Origin: a virus
Reading direction: 5' to 3' (one strand)
IMG/VR virus record: IMGVR_UViG_3300045988_062587
Length of the DNA: 55,142 nt
Shown here: positions 15,212 through 24,239 of the stretch, one piece after another
How the letters are laid out: the number at the start of each line of letters is the position of its first letter
Position numbering within the stretch: the stretch's first letter is position 1
Made by a program: the position numbers and the translations under genes
Notes under the pieces: model-generated
The model's database searches: none
What the model saw: only the letters and a program-made list of their open reading frames with translations
What the model was told of the DNA's origin: nothing

Positions 15212-16105
15212 TTAGAAAAACGTGAGCTGCCCGGTTTTGGTTTCGTTAAGAGGCTCATTTTCCGGGGCTTTAGGCTCATTTTTGATAGATTTTTGCAAAT
15301 TTGCGGGTTTAATATCGGTCTTTTCGATTTTTGCAGGTTCGCCTTTCGGTTCAAACAGCAGGTTCATCTGCGCTATCTGGCGGCGCATATACCACACATC
15401 GGTTGAGAAGAACGGCATATACCAGATGCGATTCTGTGGTCCAGCCGGGAGAAGTCCTCGGTCATCGTAAGCGGTTGCCGGGTCGGCGATAGTGTCACCG
15501 ATGACTACATATCCAGCGCAGCCCATGAAGCTGCACTGGATGTAGCACATCAGGCCCACAATAAAGTCAATGTCTTGGGCAACGACAAGGACTTTGTTGT
15601 GGTAGCAAATATTTCTGCTCTTGCAGATATTCAAAAAGGCCAGCAGTGTTGCGCCCGCTCCGCAAGCCGGGTCAGACACGGAGATGAAACCCTCCATGTC
15701 GGGCACGATCTTGGCATCGAATGTAATCTCTGCCATGCAGCGGCATACATCGTATGGAGTGAAGAACTGGCCGGCATGGTCATTTCCCAACTCACACATC
15801 ATGTACAGCGACCCCAGAAAATCCTGATCCGGATTTTGCTCCATGCCAATGACCACCTCGGCAAGCATTTCAGCCATGCCGTTCCGCTCTGCTGCGGAGT
15901 ATTTGGAAATGATGGTCTGATAGTCCTTGGTGCGCTCCGGGGCGTTCAGCCTATCCGTTGAGTTTGAGATCTCGATAGCCGTCAGGTGGATGAAATCCCT
16001 CCAAATCTCCCAGCGGTTATGCTTTCCCGTCAGCCCTTCAAAGATTTTGAGGAAGTTTTTCTGATGGTCATCACGGATGCTGCGTGTCACTGCTGCCTTT
16101 GCCAT
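15212..16105 (-). CDS. HsdM-like N6-adenine methylase homologue lacking a canonical (D/N)PP(Y/F) motif
   Basis: Motifs GQFFTP, DPACGAG and IGDT are present. Where NPPF would be expected, the sequence reads WYMPFF. Confidence 0.7.
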   Translation of the reverse strand: MAKAAVTRSIRDDHQKNFLKIFEGLTGKHNRWEIWRDFIHLTAIEISNSTDRLNAPERTKDYQTIISKYSAAERNGMAEMLAEVVIGMEQNPDQDFLGSLYMMCELGNDHAGQFFTPYDVCRCMAEITFDAKIVPDMEGFISVSDPACGAGATLLAFLNICKSRNICYHNKVLVVAQDIDFIVGLMCYIQCSFMGCAGYVVIGDTIADPATAYDDRGLLPAGPQNRIWYMPFFSTDVWYMRRQIAQMNLLFEPKGEPAKIEKTDIKPANLQKSIKNEPKAPENEPLNETKTGQLTFF

Positions 16106-16108
16106 TGG

Positions 16109-16594
16109 TTATTCCTCCGTGTCGTCCTCAGCGGAATCCTCGGACGGTTCATCGTCGAGGTCGTCCTGCGGGGCATCCTGCTTGGTATCCTGCTGAGAAT
16201 TGGAATCCGGCACATCAGGCACCGGCACGCCGAAGTTGCGGAGTTTGCCGTTCTCCATCAGGTCACGGAAGAAGAACTGCTGCCAGAAAGAGATCATCTT
16301 CAGCAGGATGTTCTCAATCTTGGTGCGGAGAACCTTGTCAATGCTGAACGTGCCCTTGACCTTGGTCTTCAGCTCGCTGTTCTCAAAGTACCAGCACATG
16401 GAAGAGTCCTGACTGCAATAGCCGGTTTCCTCCACATTGCCCAGCATGTCCATCTGGGTAGCAATATCATTGATGGGGGTGATCACCAGCGTGATGGGAT
16501 AGCGGTCCTTGAAGAAGCGGAACGTGAAGTTGTGCTCATCGCACAGGCCCTGCAGCTTTTTCTTCTGGGCCTCGTAGTTGGAAATTTCACTCAT
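16109..16594 (-). CDS. Hypothetical protein with an acidic C-terminal tail
   Basis: Starts MSEISNY with an AAAGGAG RBS. The C-terminus is DDLDDEPSEDSAEDDTEE. Confidence 0.6.
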   Translation of the reverse strand: MSEISNYEAQKKKLQGLCDEHNFTFRFFKDRYPITLVITPINDIATQMDMLGNVEETGYCSQDSSMCWYFENSELKTKVKGTFSIDKVLRTKIENILLKMISFWQQFFFRDLMENGKLRNFGVPVPDVPDSNSQQDTKQDAPQDDLDDEPSEDSAEDDTEE

Positions 16595-16608
16595 GGTATG
16601 TACTCCTT

Positions 16609-17130
16609 TCAGCAATCAGATGAAATTTTGTAATCGTTGTTGTGATTTTCAATGGCAGTCAGCCCGACGGCGTATGCCGCCCAGATGTCCGCTTTGAAAC
16701 CGTAGAAAAAATCCGGGTTCTTGCTGGTGCCTTTTCCGTTTTTCAAATCGTGGGTTGCGAAACGGTCAATCAGCGCTCGCCGGATGGCCGGGTCATTTGC
16801 CCGGCTGTCATGGCAGATGTGCCGCTTTTCTTCGATGCGACAGAGAAGCCGCGGCTTCTGCGCCATCTGGATGGACAGTGCTTCATAGAAACGCCCAATC
16901 CAGAGGACGGTATCAAACACTTCCCTTCCCACGGCCATGCCGTAAGAAGCCACCATTTCAATGACCGCCCACTGCCAGCCCTGTTCATTGGCGAAAACCA
17001 GCTTGTTGCGCAATTCTTCGTTATCGACCTTGCCGAACTCCAGCGGCCTCAATGTGTTGCAGTCGATAACGCAGTAGGCGCTCTGCCTGTTGCCCGGATC
17101 AATGGCAATAATCGGGCATTTTTCACTCAT
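16609..17130 (-). CDS. RuvC-like Holliday junction resolvase
   Basis: IAIDPGNRQSAY (catalytic Asp), AVIEMV (Glu), and a size and context typical of phage RuvC. Confidence 0.7.
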   Translation of the reverse strand: MSEKCPIIAIDPGNRQSAYCVIDCNTLRPLEFGKVDNEELRNKLVFANEQGWQWAVIEMVASYGMAVGREVFDTVLWIGRFYEALSIQMAQKPRLLCRIEEKRHICHDSRANDPAIRRALIDRFATHDLKNGKGTSKNPDFFYGFKADIWAAYAVGLTAIENHNNDYKISSDC

Positions 17131-17450
17131 AAATACGACCTCCCAAATTCCTGAATAAACCGGGCTTCCGGCCAGCCGTAGTGTTCCATAGCCTTTTTCT
17201 GCGCCCAGCGCTTCAGCCGGAGATCAGCCTCCCGGTTGGTATGTACGGCAGTCACACCGTTCTGGTGGCACCACGGGCATAAATTCGCCCACAGGCCAAG
17301 CCGCTTGCTCTTATCCCGGTACGGTCCGAAAAAGACTTCGTGCCTGGCGGTGCGATACCGCCCGCAAATCAGACAGGTGGGGCTCTTGCTGAGGATGCTG
17401 GGCGCATAGCCATTGCTGTCCAGCTTCTCTCCGTACTCATTTTTTGCCAT
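17127..17450 (-). CDS. Zinc-finger HNH-like protein (CxxC...H..F...CxxCH)
   Basis: CLICGRYRTARHEVFFG...LCPWCHQNGVTAVH. An AGGAGG RBS lies 9 nt before the ATG at 17450. Confidence 0.4.
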   Translation of the reverse strand: MAKNEYGEKLDSNGYAPSILSKSPTCLICGRYRTARHEVFFGPYRDKSKRLGLWANLCPWCHQNGVTAVHTNREADLRLKRWAQKKAMEHYGWPEARFIQEFGRSYL

Positions 17451-17451
17451 G

Positions 17452-18204
17452 TCAATGCGTCCTCCTACGTTCAAAAGACTGCTGAGAAACCTGCTGCATC
17501 ACCAGTTGAATCTTATCCTGCATACTCTGGTCAGCCAGCACATTGACAGGCTGCGCAGTTGCACTGATGCGCCCAAGGGTCTGTGCCCGGACACGCTTGA
17601 TAAAGTTCAGCTGCTGCTTGCGGAACTCCTTGTCCACTTCTGCGGCATCCTTGCTGCCATCAATATCTGTAACTTCCAGATCCGGAGCTTGCATGGCATC
17701 GGCAGCGCAGCGGCGCAGCTTTTCCATTGCTACGTCCAAACCGTCCTCGTGCGCCCACTGGTTCAACTGCTCATAGTTGGCGTGGCTTTCTTTGCGCAGC
17801 CGTTCCAGCCGTTCTGGACCATAGTGCAGTATGTCAATAACTGCCTTTGCGTAAATCTGCCATGCGATTCTTGCAGCTTTGTTTCCAGCAATCTGATATT
17901 GCTGCTCTTTACGGCCACGAGGTGCCCGTAGCATCGGGATGCGGTAGTCGGAAGTGACATACCCCGCCAACCAGCTTTCCCGAATGGCCTCGGCCCTGGC
18001 TTTAGAGGGGCGGCCATTGGCATCTGGGGTCATAATGACTTCGGTGTTCTGATCTTCCAGGTCGTGAATCCTGTCTGTAATGCGGTCAAGGCGGGTCTTG
18101 CCAACACCGAACTCCTGATGCAGCGCAATGGTGGTACACAGGCACACGATTTGGCTGACAGCCTGTTGAGTGTCATCCATCTCGGTCTGAAACGACTTTT
18201 TCAC
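17452..18204 (-). CDS. Hypothetical protein (250 aa)
   Basis: ORF in the replication module; family not recognised. Confidence 0.6.
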   Translation of the reverse strand: MKKSFQTEMDDTQQAVSQIVCLCTTIALHQEFGVGKTRLDRITDRIHDLEDQNTEVIMTPDANGRPSKARAEAIRESWLAGYVTSDYRIPMLRAPRGRKEQQYQIAGNKAARIAWQIYAKAVIDILHYGPERLERLRKESHANYEQLNQWAHEDGLDVAMEKLRRCAADAMQAPDLEVTDIDGSKDAAEVDKEFRKQQLNFIKRVRAQTLGRISATAQPVNVLADQSMQDKIQLVMQQVSQQSFERRRTH

Positions 18205-18761
18205 GGCTCTGCACCTCCTGAAACGGTCCAGACCCGGCGGGAACCCCAGCCAGACCAGCTTAGAGCCTCCGCATGGGTGTTCACCGCCACGTCCAGCTTG
18301 TTACCTACCACAGCACTCCCGGTGTCCTGAACGACCCGGAGACCTACACCCTCGATATAGACCACCGTGCCGTAGGGCAGGATGCTGGTGTCAGCTGCCA
18401 CGGTCACGCCCGGCTGCACCTTTGCGCCGCTGGATGTAATTCCGTGTCCCTCGCCGCAGATGTGGGCGTATTCTTCGGCACAATAGGCCGTGCAGCTGAA
18501 CGACCCGGCGTATGTAAGGGTCAAATCGGTCTGGGCGTTCAGCTCTGCGGTCAGGTTATCTACCTCGGTCTGAAGCCGGCCGACATTTTCCTCCGCGTCA
18601 ATCGCCCGCGTCTGCCAGTTCTGAAAACGGCTGGCGTAAATATCCCGCTCGATTTCCAACTCGTCCACCCGCCGGGAGTAGGCCGTGCTTGCGAGGATGC
18701 AGCCAACCATCGCACACGAAACGCACACGATCAGGCTGCGGAATGGTCTTTTCAACCTCAT
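18201..18761 (-). CDS. Membrane-anchored 3D-domain (MltA/RlpA-like barrel) protein
   Basis: An N-terminal TM segment, a coiled coil, then FSCTAYC...GITSSGAKVQPGVTVAADTSILPYGTVVYIEGVG..VVQDTG, typical of 3D domains. Confidence 0.65.
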   Translation of the reverse strand: MRLKRPFRSLIVCVSCAMVGCILASTAYSRRVDELEIERDIYASRFQNWQTRAIDAEENVGRLQTEVDNLTAELNAQTDLTLTYAGSFSCTAYCAEEYAHICGEGHGITSSGAKVQPGVTVAADTSILPYGTVVYIEGVGLRVVQDTGSAVVGNKLDVAVNTHAEALSWSGWGSRRVWTVSGGAEP

Positions 18762-19348
18762 GTCGTGCCACCTCCAATCTGTGCCGGGGCTGCGCCGCCG
18801 GGCAGAGCCGGGGGCTGCAAACTCTCAACCGGGGCATCCTGCACAGCCCGGTCGAAGCCCGGCCGGACGAACTGGCGCAGATCCGCGCTGCTGCGGCTGC
18901 TGAAAATCTCCGACAGATCTGCCGGGGAGCCAGCCCATCGCTGCACCACCATCGGGAGGGCGGCGAAGATTTTCGCATTTTCCTTTTTGAAATCTTCGCC
19001 TTTCAGCTTGCGCCCATCGGGGGCAATGAATCCACCGTGGGTCTGGTAGTACAGATTTGCCTCGATTTTCCGGGCAGCTGCCGCAGCCTGCGTCCAAAGG
19101 TCATTTGCCGAGGGCTGCTGGGCTGACAGCAGCTTTTTGATTTCAGCGCACCAGTCCACAATCAGCTGGTTCTGGAATCTGCACTGTGTAAAGGCCGTAT
19201 ACAGTGCCTTTTCCACAATCTCGTCCGGGATGGTGCCAAACGCCCGGATGTAGATTTGCGTGTCAGCCCTGCGCTCCTCCAAGCTGCGGGCGCGGCCGTA
19301 GTGGTCATCGATGACCACCAGCAGCTCACGCAATTTCGTATCGGTCAT
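18758..19348 (-). CDS. Hypothetical replication-module protein (possible helicase-loader-like)
   Basis: Position directly after the replisome organiser. Only weak resemblance to G39P-type loaders. Confidence 0.4.
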   Translation of the reverse strand: MTDTKLRELLVVIDDHYGRARSLEERRADTQIYIRAFGTIPDEIVEKALYTAFTQCRFQNQLIVDWCAEIKKLLSAQQPSANDLWTQAAAAARKIEANLYYQTHGGFIAPDGRKLKGEDFKKENAKIFAALPMVVQRWAGSPADLSEIFSSRSSADLRQFVRPGFDRAVQDAPVESLQPPALPGGAAPAQIGGGTT

Positions 19349-20202
19349 GTTGTCGAGCCTCCTAAAAGTTCTCCGAAAATTTCATCGTAGTCATCAGCAG
19401 CGGAACGCTTTGGCTGCTGACCCGCCGGGGGCTTACGCCGCTGGTCGCGGGCTTGCACATCACCAAGGGTTTTCACGCCCTCGTTTTTCCATGACTTCAA
19501 AATGCCGTTGATGTAGTTCCACTTGCGAACGCCGGACAGAGCAGCTTTTTTGATGGCCAGCAGAATGAGGTCATCCGCGAAAATCTCCCGCCAGTCCATC
19601 AGGGCATCCCTTGCAGCCGGCGGGAAGCTGCCGATGTTCTCCTCGTAAGAGCCGATGATCTCCGCAAGTCCGGCATCGACAGCCGGACTACCGTTATCTC
19701 TATCTCTTACTCTGTTCTCTATCTCTTTATCTTTATCTTTCTCTATCTCTTTCTCTGTATGGACATTGTCCACATTGTTGTCCTCGTTGTTGTCTGCACC
19801 TTTAACAGGGATTTGTCTGCGCCGATTCTCACGTTGGAGACGTTTTTGCGCCGAATAATCTGTTTCGCTTCCAACAATATCTGAATAGTTGGAGATAGTC
19901 AGTATTCCGTCAGGGCTTTCAAAAATCAGGCCAATCTGTTTATAGACGCTCAAGGCCACACGGACAGTTGCCAGAGAGAACCATTTGCATTCTCGCTGGA
20001 TTTTTTCAGCATCGTAAGGAATGAGCATCTCTCCGATTTGAGAAACCAGACAACCACCCGTGTTGATAGTCTTGAGACATAACATTTGATAGAGAACAAC
20101 GTAATTGGCACCGTCCGGCTGGCTCATAAGATAGTCAATCTCGTCCGAGGACATGAAGCTATCTTTGAGTTTTATCCAGTAAAACCTCTTGCCAGTTGCC
20201 AT
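19345..20202 (-). CDS. Replisome organiser (phage_rep_org N-terminal domain + DnaD-like C-terminal domain)
   Basis: N-terminal FYWIKLKDSFMSSDEIDYLMSQPDGANYVVLYQML. C-terminal ENIGSFPP...LILLAIKKAAL....WNYINGILKSW..EGVKTL. Confidence 0.75.
   Translation of the reverse strand: MATGKRFYWIKLKDSFMSSDEIDYLMSQPDGANYVVLYQMLCLKTINTGGCLVSQIGEMLIPYDAEKIQRECKWFSLATVRVALSVYKQIGLIFESPDGILTISNYSDIVGSETDYSAQKRLQRENRRRQIPVKGADNNEDNNVDNVHTEKEIEKDKDKEIENRVRDRDNGSPAVDAGLAEIIGSYEENIGSFPPAARDALMDWREIFADDLILLAIKKAALSGVRKWNYINGILKSWKNEGVKTLGDVQARDQRRKPPAGQQPKRSAADDYDEIFGELLGGSTT
19697..19751. repeat. Three exact 12-mers TCTCTATCTCTT (19697, 19716, 19740) inside the replisome-organiser linker; candidate origin iterons
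   Basis: Read directly from the sequence. They encode the KEIE repeats of the inter-domain linker. Confidence 0.5.
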
Positions 20203-20214
20203 TATCAGACCTCC

Positions 20215-20760
20215 TTAGAACGGCAAGTCGTCCGTGTCGTTGATTTCGGAGAAATCATCGGCATTACCCTGCGAGTAACTGGGCTGTACAGCTTCGGGAG
20301 CAGCTTCTGCGCCCTGCCACTGCTGCCGCTGGCTCTGGGTGGAAAATCCCATCTGCTGGGGATGCTGCGGCTGTTGACTCCGATACGTGGATGACGGCGG
20401 GTTCGTACCGCCGTCATCCACGGGTTCCTGTCGACTGCTCTGTTTGGGGCCGCAGAAGTGAGCCTTATCCACGATGAACTCCGTTGCAATACGGTCTTCG
20501 CCGTTCTTGTCCTGATATTTGCGGGTCTGGCAGTGGCTTTCAACTACCATCTGGCTGCCCTTGCTGAAGTATTTGCAGATGAACTCTGCGGTATTGCGCC
20601 ACGCTGTAAAGCTGAGCCAATCAACCTGACGGTTGCCATCCTCGTCTGCCTTGCTGCGGTCAACAGCCATGCGAAAGCTCGTGACCGAAATGCCGCTTTG
20701 TGTGGTCCGAAGTTCAGGATCAGCAGCAAGCCTACCCTGAAAATTGCAGCTATTCAGCAT
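20215..20760 (-). CDS. ssb: Single-stranded DNA-binding protein
   Basis: OB-fold N-terminus (GRLAADPELRTTQSGISVTSFRMAV), a Gln/Pro-rich linker, and an acidic DDLPF tail. Confidence 0.9.
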   Translation of the reverse strand: MLNSCNFQGRLAADPELRTTQSGISVTSFRMAVDRSKADEDGNRQVDWLSFTAWRNTAEFICKYFSKGSQMVVESHCQTRKYQDKNGEDRIATEFIVDKAHFCGPKQSSRQEPVDDGGTNPPSSTYRSQQPQHPQQMGFSTQSQRQQWQGAEAAPEAVQPSYSQGNADDFSEINDTDDLPF

Positions 20761-20780
20761 TGAACATCACCTCTTTCTGG

Positions 20781-21311
20781 TCATTTGGACCATTCTTCTT
20801 TGTATCGAGCCAACTGTTCCGGGGTATCCGTCTGGATGCCCAGTTCCTTGGCTTCTTCGATTGCGCCGTCCACAAGACGGGCAAATTCCTTTGAATCCAT
20901 CTTGTGGCTTTCCTTGTAGACAAAATAGCAGGAGTAGTCTTTTCCGTTTTCCTGCCGGGTTTCATAGAGCCGGACATAGGGGTAAAAGTCGCTGGGATCT
21001 ACGGTCGGCGGGAGTTTCAGGCCAACAGTCTTTCCATCCTTATCGCGGGCCAGTGCTCCGTACGACACCACAAGTCGCCGCTTCACGGCATCTTCGCTCT
21101 CTCCGGTTTCCGCAGAAATTTTGTTGCACAGAACGTGGAAATACGCATTTGCTGACAGGCTGCGCTTCTCCCTGTGCTTTTTGATTTCCACGTCCAGAAC
21201 CGGCTCCAGATGCAGCTTGTCCCAGATTTCTCGGAAGTCGCCGTTGAGTTCCAATGTGACACGCTGCTTTCCGCCAAGGGTAAAAGCCATATCCACCAGC
21301 CGCCCGGTCAT
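20781..21311 (-). CDS. Hypothetical recombination-module protein (weak NinB-like RSLxxN motif)
   Basis: Starts MTGRLVD (ATGA overlap with the MBL gene). The KRSLSANAYFHVLCNKI motif is reminiscent of NinB (RSLDQNRKLWA). Confidence 0.45.
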   Translation of the reverse strand: MTGRLVDMAFTLGGKQRVTLELNGDFREIWDKLHLEPVLDVEIKKHREKRSLSANAYFHVLCNKISAETGESEDAVKRRLVVSYGALARDKDGKTVGLKLPPTVDPSDFYPYVRLYETRQENGKDYSCYFVYKESHKMDSKEFARLVDGAIEEAKELGIQTDTPEQLARYKEEWSK

Positions 21312-21958
21312 GTGGTATCCTCCTTGTCCTGATGGCAGTGCATATAGATGTACGCACTGTTTGACCCCATGTTGGCATAGAGCCAATCATTGATTTTTGC
21401 CACGCTCATGTGGTCACGCAAGACACGTTTTTCATAGATATACTCACCAGTCAGCTTTTTCTCAGCGATTTTTGCCTGAATCTCCTCGTCCTCGTAGTTG
21501 GCTTCGACCATGTAGAGGTCATAGTTCGGAGCGGCTATACCGTTCAGATTGTTCATGTCGGTGCAGTAGAACAGCTTTCCGGCGGGGAGCCAGACCTTCC
21601 ATCCGCAGTTCGGAACATTGTGCTTCACCATGTTCGGAATGACATTGCAGATGCCGTAACCGTACATAGTTCCCGGTGTCAAAACATCAATCTGGGAAAT
21701 TGGCACCCCTGCATCCACCAGCGGTCCGCACAACCAGTCGCAGCAGGCGAATCGCAGTGTTGGGCGATTGGATGCCAGTAGTCGAAGCGTTGACGGCTGG
21801 AAGTGGTCACAGTGGATGTGGGTCAAGAGAACCAGCTTCAGAGTTTTCCATTCTGCGGCCAAAGCCTTGAACGGAACACCGCAGTCAATCAGAATCTCAT
21901 GCTCAATCACCACGGCGTTTCCCTTGCTGCCTGTTGCGATGATGTTGTAGCTGATCAT
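21308..21958 (-). CDS. Metallo-beta-lactamase-fold hydrolase
   Basis: HxHxDH motif (LTHIHCDH). A frequent partner of RecT in phages. Confidence 0.75.
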   Translation of the reverse strand: MISYNIIATGSKGNAVVIEHEILIDCGVPFKALAAEWKTLKLVLLTHIHCDHFQPSTLRLLASNRPTLRFACCDWLCGPLVDAGVPISQIDVLTPGTMYGYGICNVIPNMVKHNVPNCGWKVWLPAGKLFYCTDMNNLNGIAAPNYDLYMVEANYEDEEIQAKIAEKKLTGEYIYEKRVLRDHMSVAKINDWLYANMGSNSAYIYMHCHQDKEDTT

Positions 21959-22902
21959 AACGAGCTGAGGTCAACAACCTCTTCGACGGCAGTGGGCTCG
22001 CCCTGCGAAATATCACCGTGCGGCAAGGCCTGTCCTGCGTCCACTTCGGGCTTTCCAGTATGAAGTTCTGGCTGCTCCTGTGCGTCAGACATGACTTCCT
22101 GCGTAGTAAGGATTTCGCCATTATCTGCTACCGCTGCCACGGCATTATCGCTTTCCAAAGCCTTGGTCATTTCGATGCTCATAACACCCCAGCGAGAAAT
22201 AAGCTGTCGAAGCATGGTTTTCTTTGCCATGTCATCGAACGACTTATACCAAAAGGACGAATACTTCCACATTTCGCTCTCCGGGATTTTGCCCGCCAGC
22301 AATTCCTCGTACTTCTGCCGACTGAACGCCTTGGAGTAGGTATCTGCGTGGTTCATCATTTTTTCTTTGGACCAGTACAGCACCTTGCGGAAACCGTTCA
22401 TGTACTCAAAGTAAGCCATGTAGCCAACGGTAGGTAGCGCATCCCGCTGGTCATCGTCTTCGATGAACTGGAACTTGGGCTTGCCGGTCATCGAATCTTT
22501 GCCCAGATACTCGCCCTGCTTAATCTCGGTAACATCGAGATCCGCATACTGGCCGCTGCGCAGCGCCAGCTGGATGTAGCCCTTATATCCGAGGACGAAC
22601 TGCGCATCGATCTTGTTTGCCTTGCGGTTCTTAAAGGGAACCAGATAATACTGGCCCAGCTGCGGAGAGGGGCTAAGGTTGAGGGATTCACCAAGCAGGG
22701 CACCCGCCAGAATCGTGCCGGCATCGCACTCCTGCAAAGCCGGATTGACCGCGACTGCTGAGGTGATGCTTGCCGTAAAGCGACGAACGCGGGCGGGGTC
22801 GCGCAGGGTGTTGGCAATCAAAGACTGATAGCCCTTAGTGGTTATCGCCACAGAAAACTTAGGCTTCTGCTGCGCTTGCAGCTGGTTGTTATACGTTGCC
22901 AT
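21955..22902 (-). CDS. recT: RecT-family single-strand annealing protein
   Basis: RFTASITSAVAVNPALQECD..SILGALL..SLNL...LGQYYLVPF pattern. Start MATYNN has an AAGGAAGG RBS. Confidence 0.85.
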   Translation of the reverse strand: MATYNNQLQAQQKPKFSVAITTKGYQSLIANTLRDPARVRRFTASITSAVAVNPALQECDAGTILAGALLGESLNLSPSPQLGQYYLVPFKNRKANKIDAQFVLGYKGYIQLALRSGQYADLDVTEIKQGEYLGKDSMTGKPKFQFIEDDDQRDALPTVGYMAYFEYMNGFRKVLYWSKEKMMNHADTYSKAFSRQKYEELLAGKIPESEMWKYSSFWYKSFDDMAKKTMLRQLISRWGVMSIEMTKALESDNAVAAVADNGEILTTQEVMSDAQEQPELHTGKPEVDAGQALPHGDISQGEPTAVEEVVDLSSL

Positions 22903-23791
22903 ATTCGATACCTTCCTTTTCAAGATAATTTTTCAGGCCGATAAGCTGCGCTTTCGTGCCCTTTGCGTAGAAGCGGGTCATCAGAATGGGCTCCGGCTTG
23001 GGCTGCGAGACCGGTTCGACATCGGGCTGCACAGGCATTTCCGGGTCTACTGAAATTTCCTGCGCTGGTTCAGGCTGCGTCTGGGCTGCTGCGGCAGCAG
23101 CGGCGCGAACTTTTTCTGCCGCAGCTTCACGTTCTGCCTGCCTGACACGGCGTTCTTCTTCCATCCGCCGCTGCTCTTCGAGAGCCTTGTGACGGTTATC
23201 CACAACTTTAATCGCTGTGGGCAGGTCGAGGTTCTTCCGGTATTCCACCATGACCTCCGCAGAACTTTCCATAGCGTCGATTGCAGTAACATCGGACACG
23301 ATGCCATCCACAAACGCCTTTGCCTGTTTTTTCAGGGCAGTGACGCTGTCGCTCATGTTGACTTTCGGCCGGTAGGTCAAGTCATCCATCCAGTCAATAC
23401 CCGCAGCCGCCACCAACTCGTTGTAATACTCCTGAACAACATCCGTCTTCTGCGCCACGATGCCGGAAGTAACGTCCGTGATTTTACGCTTCAGTTCTGT
23501 GTCTGCGGTCTGGAACGGCACCGTCACACACTCACGATAAACCTTTTCAAACTCGGTATACGGTTCAAGGATTTTTTCCTTGACAGCAATGCGCTGGGCT
23601 TCGTATTCCTTGAATTCCTTGGTCAGCTGTGCGCGAGCATCCTTGACGCTTTTATAAGTCTGCTCTGTGCAGACCAGCGAGAGCGCGTCAGCCGTGCGCT
23701 GCTCGATGTCAGCTTTTACGCTGTGCAGCCGCTCAACGATGATAGGCAACTGCTGCAGTTCGATAACCTGCAATGCGGTTTCCTGTGCCAT
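22889..23791 (-). CDS. DUF1351-like protein (RecT-associated)
   Basis: 300-aa helical protein directly upstream of recT, with an Ala/Glu/Arg coiled coil. Confidence 0.55.
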   Translation of the reverse strand: MAQETALQVIELQQLPIIVERLHSVKADIEQRTADALSLVCTEQTYKSVKDARAQLTKEFKEYEAQRIAVKEKILEPYTEFEKVYRECVTVPFQTADTELKRKITDVTSGIVAQKTDVVQEYYNELVAAAGIDWMDDLTYRPKVNMSDSVTALKKQAKAFVDGIVSDVTAIDAMESSAEVMVEYRKNLDLPTAIKVVDNRHKALEEQRRMEEERRVRQAEREAAAEKVRAAAAAAAQTQPEPAQEISVDPEMPVQPDVEPVSQPKPEPILMTRFYAKGTKAQLIGLKNYLEKEGIEYGNV

Positions 23792-23805
23792 GTGGCATCC
23801 TCCTT

Positions 23806-23955
23806 TTACTTTCCAAAAATGATGGTTTTCCCAGTGTCCTTATTCAGGAGCACCATGCCGTTCGGGATATCCCGAACCCAGAGATATGCGGTGCAGTCCC
23901 AACCGGCAGCAGAGAGGGCTTCCTTCTGGCGGCGGGTCAATTTCTTGGCTTTCAA
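23806..23955 (-). CDS. Small DUF6906-like protein (49 aa), TTG start, below the ORF-track cutoff
   Basis: (M)KAKKLTRRQKEALSAAGWDCTAYLWVRDIPNGMVLLNKDTGKTIIFGK. The TTG overlaps the upstream TGA, and GAGGAGGGGG lies upstream. Confidence 0.45.
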   Translation of the reverse strand: MKAKKLTRRQKEALSAAGWDCTAYLWVRDIPNGMVLLNKDTGKTIIFGK

Positions 23956-24239
23956 AAAATCACCCCCTCCTCGGCCTTATTGACAGCGATATTCAACGTG
24001 ATGGTCTCCCGGCAGCGGCGGCCGAAGTTGCCCTCCGAGCCGAACATCTTGGTTTTCTCGAACTCCTTTGCGCTATACACGCTGGCGCAGTTGAGAACAT
24101 TGGGAATGCGATCAGGGTGGACTGCCCGGAACGCCTGACACGCCATGTGGTAGTTGGGCGCCCAGACCACCGTCCATCCTCCACAGTACGGCTGAACATC
24201 ATCTGAGCCGTATGTGAAATAGAATTTTTCCAGATCCAT
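23952..24239 (-). CDS. Hypothetical protein (95 aa)
   Basis: The ATG at 24239 overlaps the upstream TGA (TGATG). Confidence 0.6.
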   Translation of the reverse strand: MDLEKFYFTYGSDDVQPYCGGWTVVWAPNYHMACQAFRAVHPDRIPNVLNCASVYSAKEFEKTKMFGSEGNFGRRCRETITLNIAVNKAEEGVIF

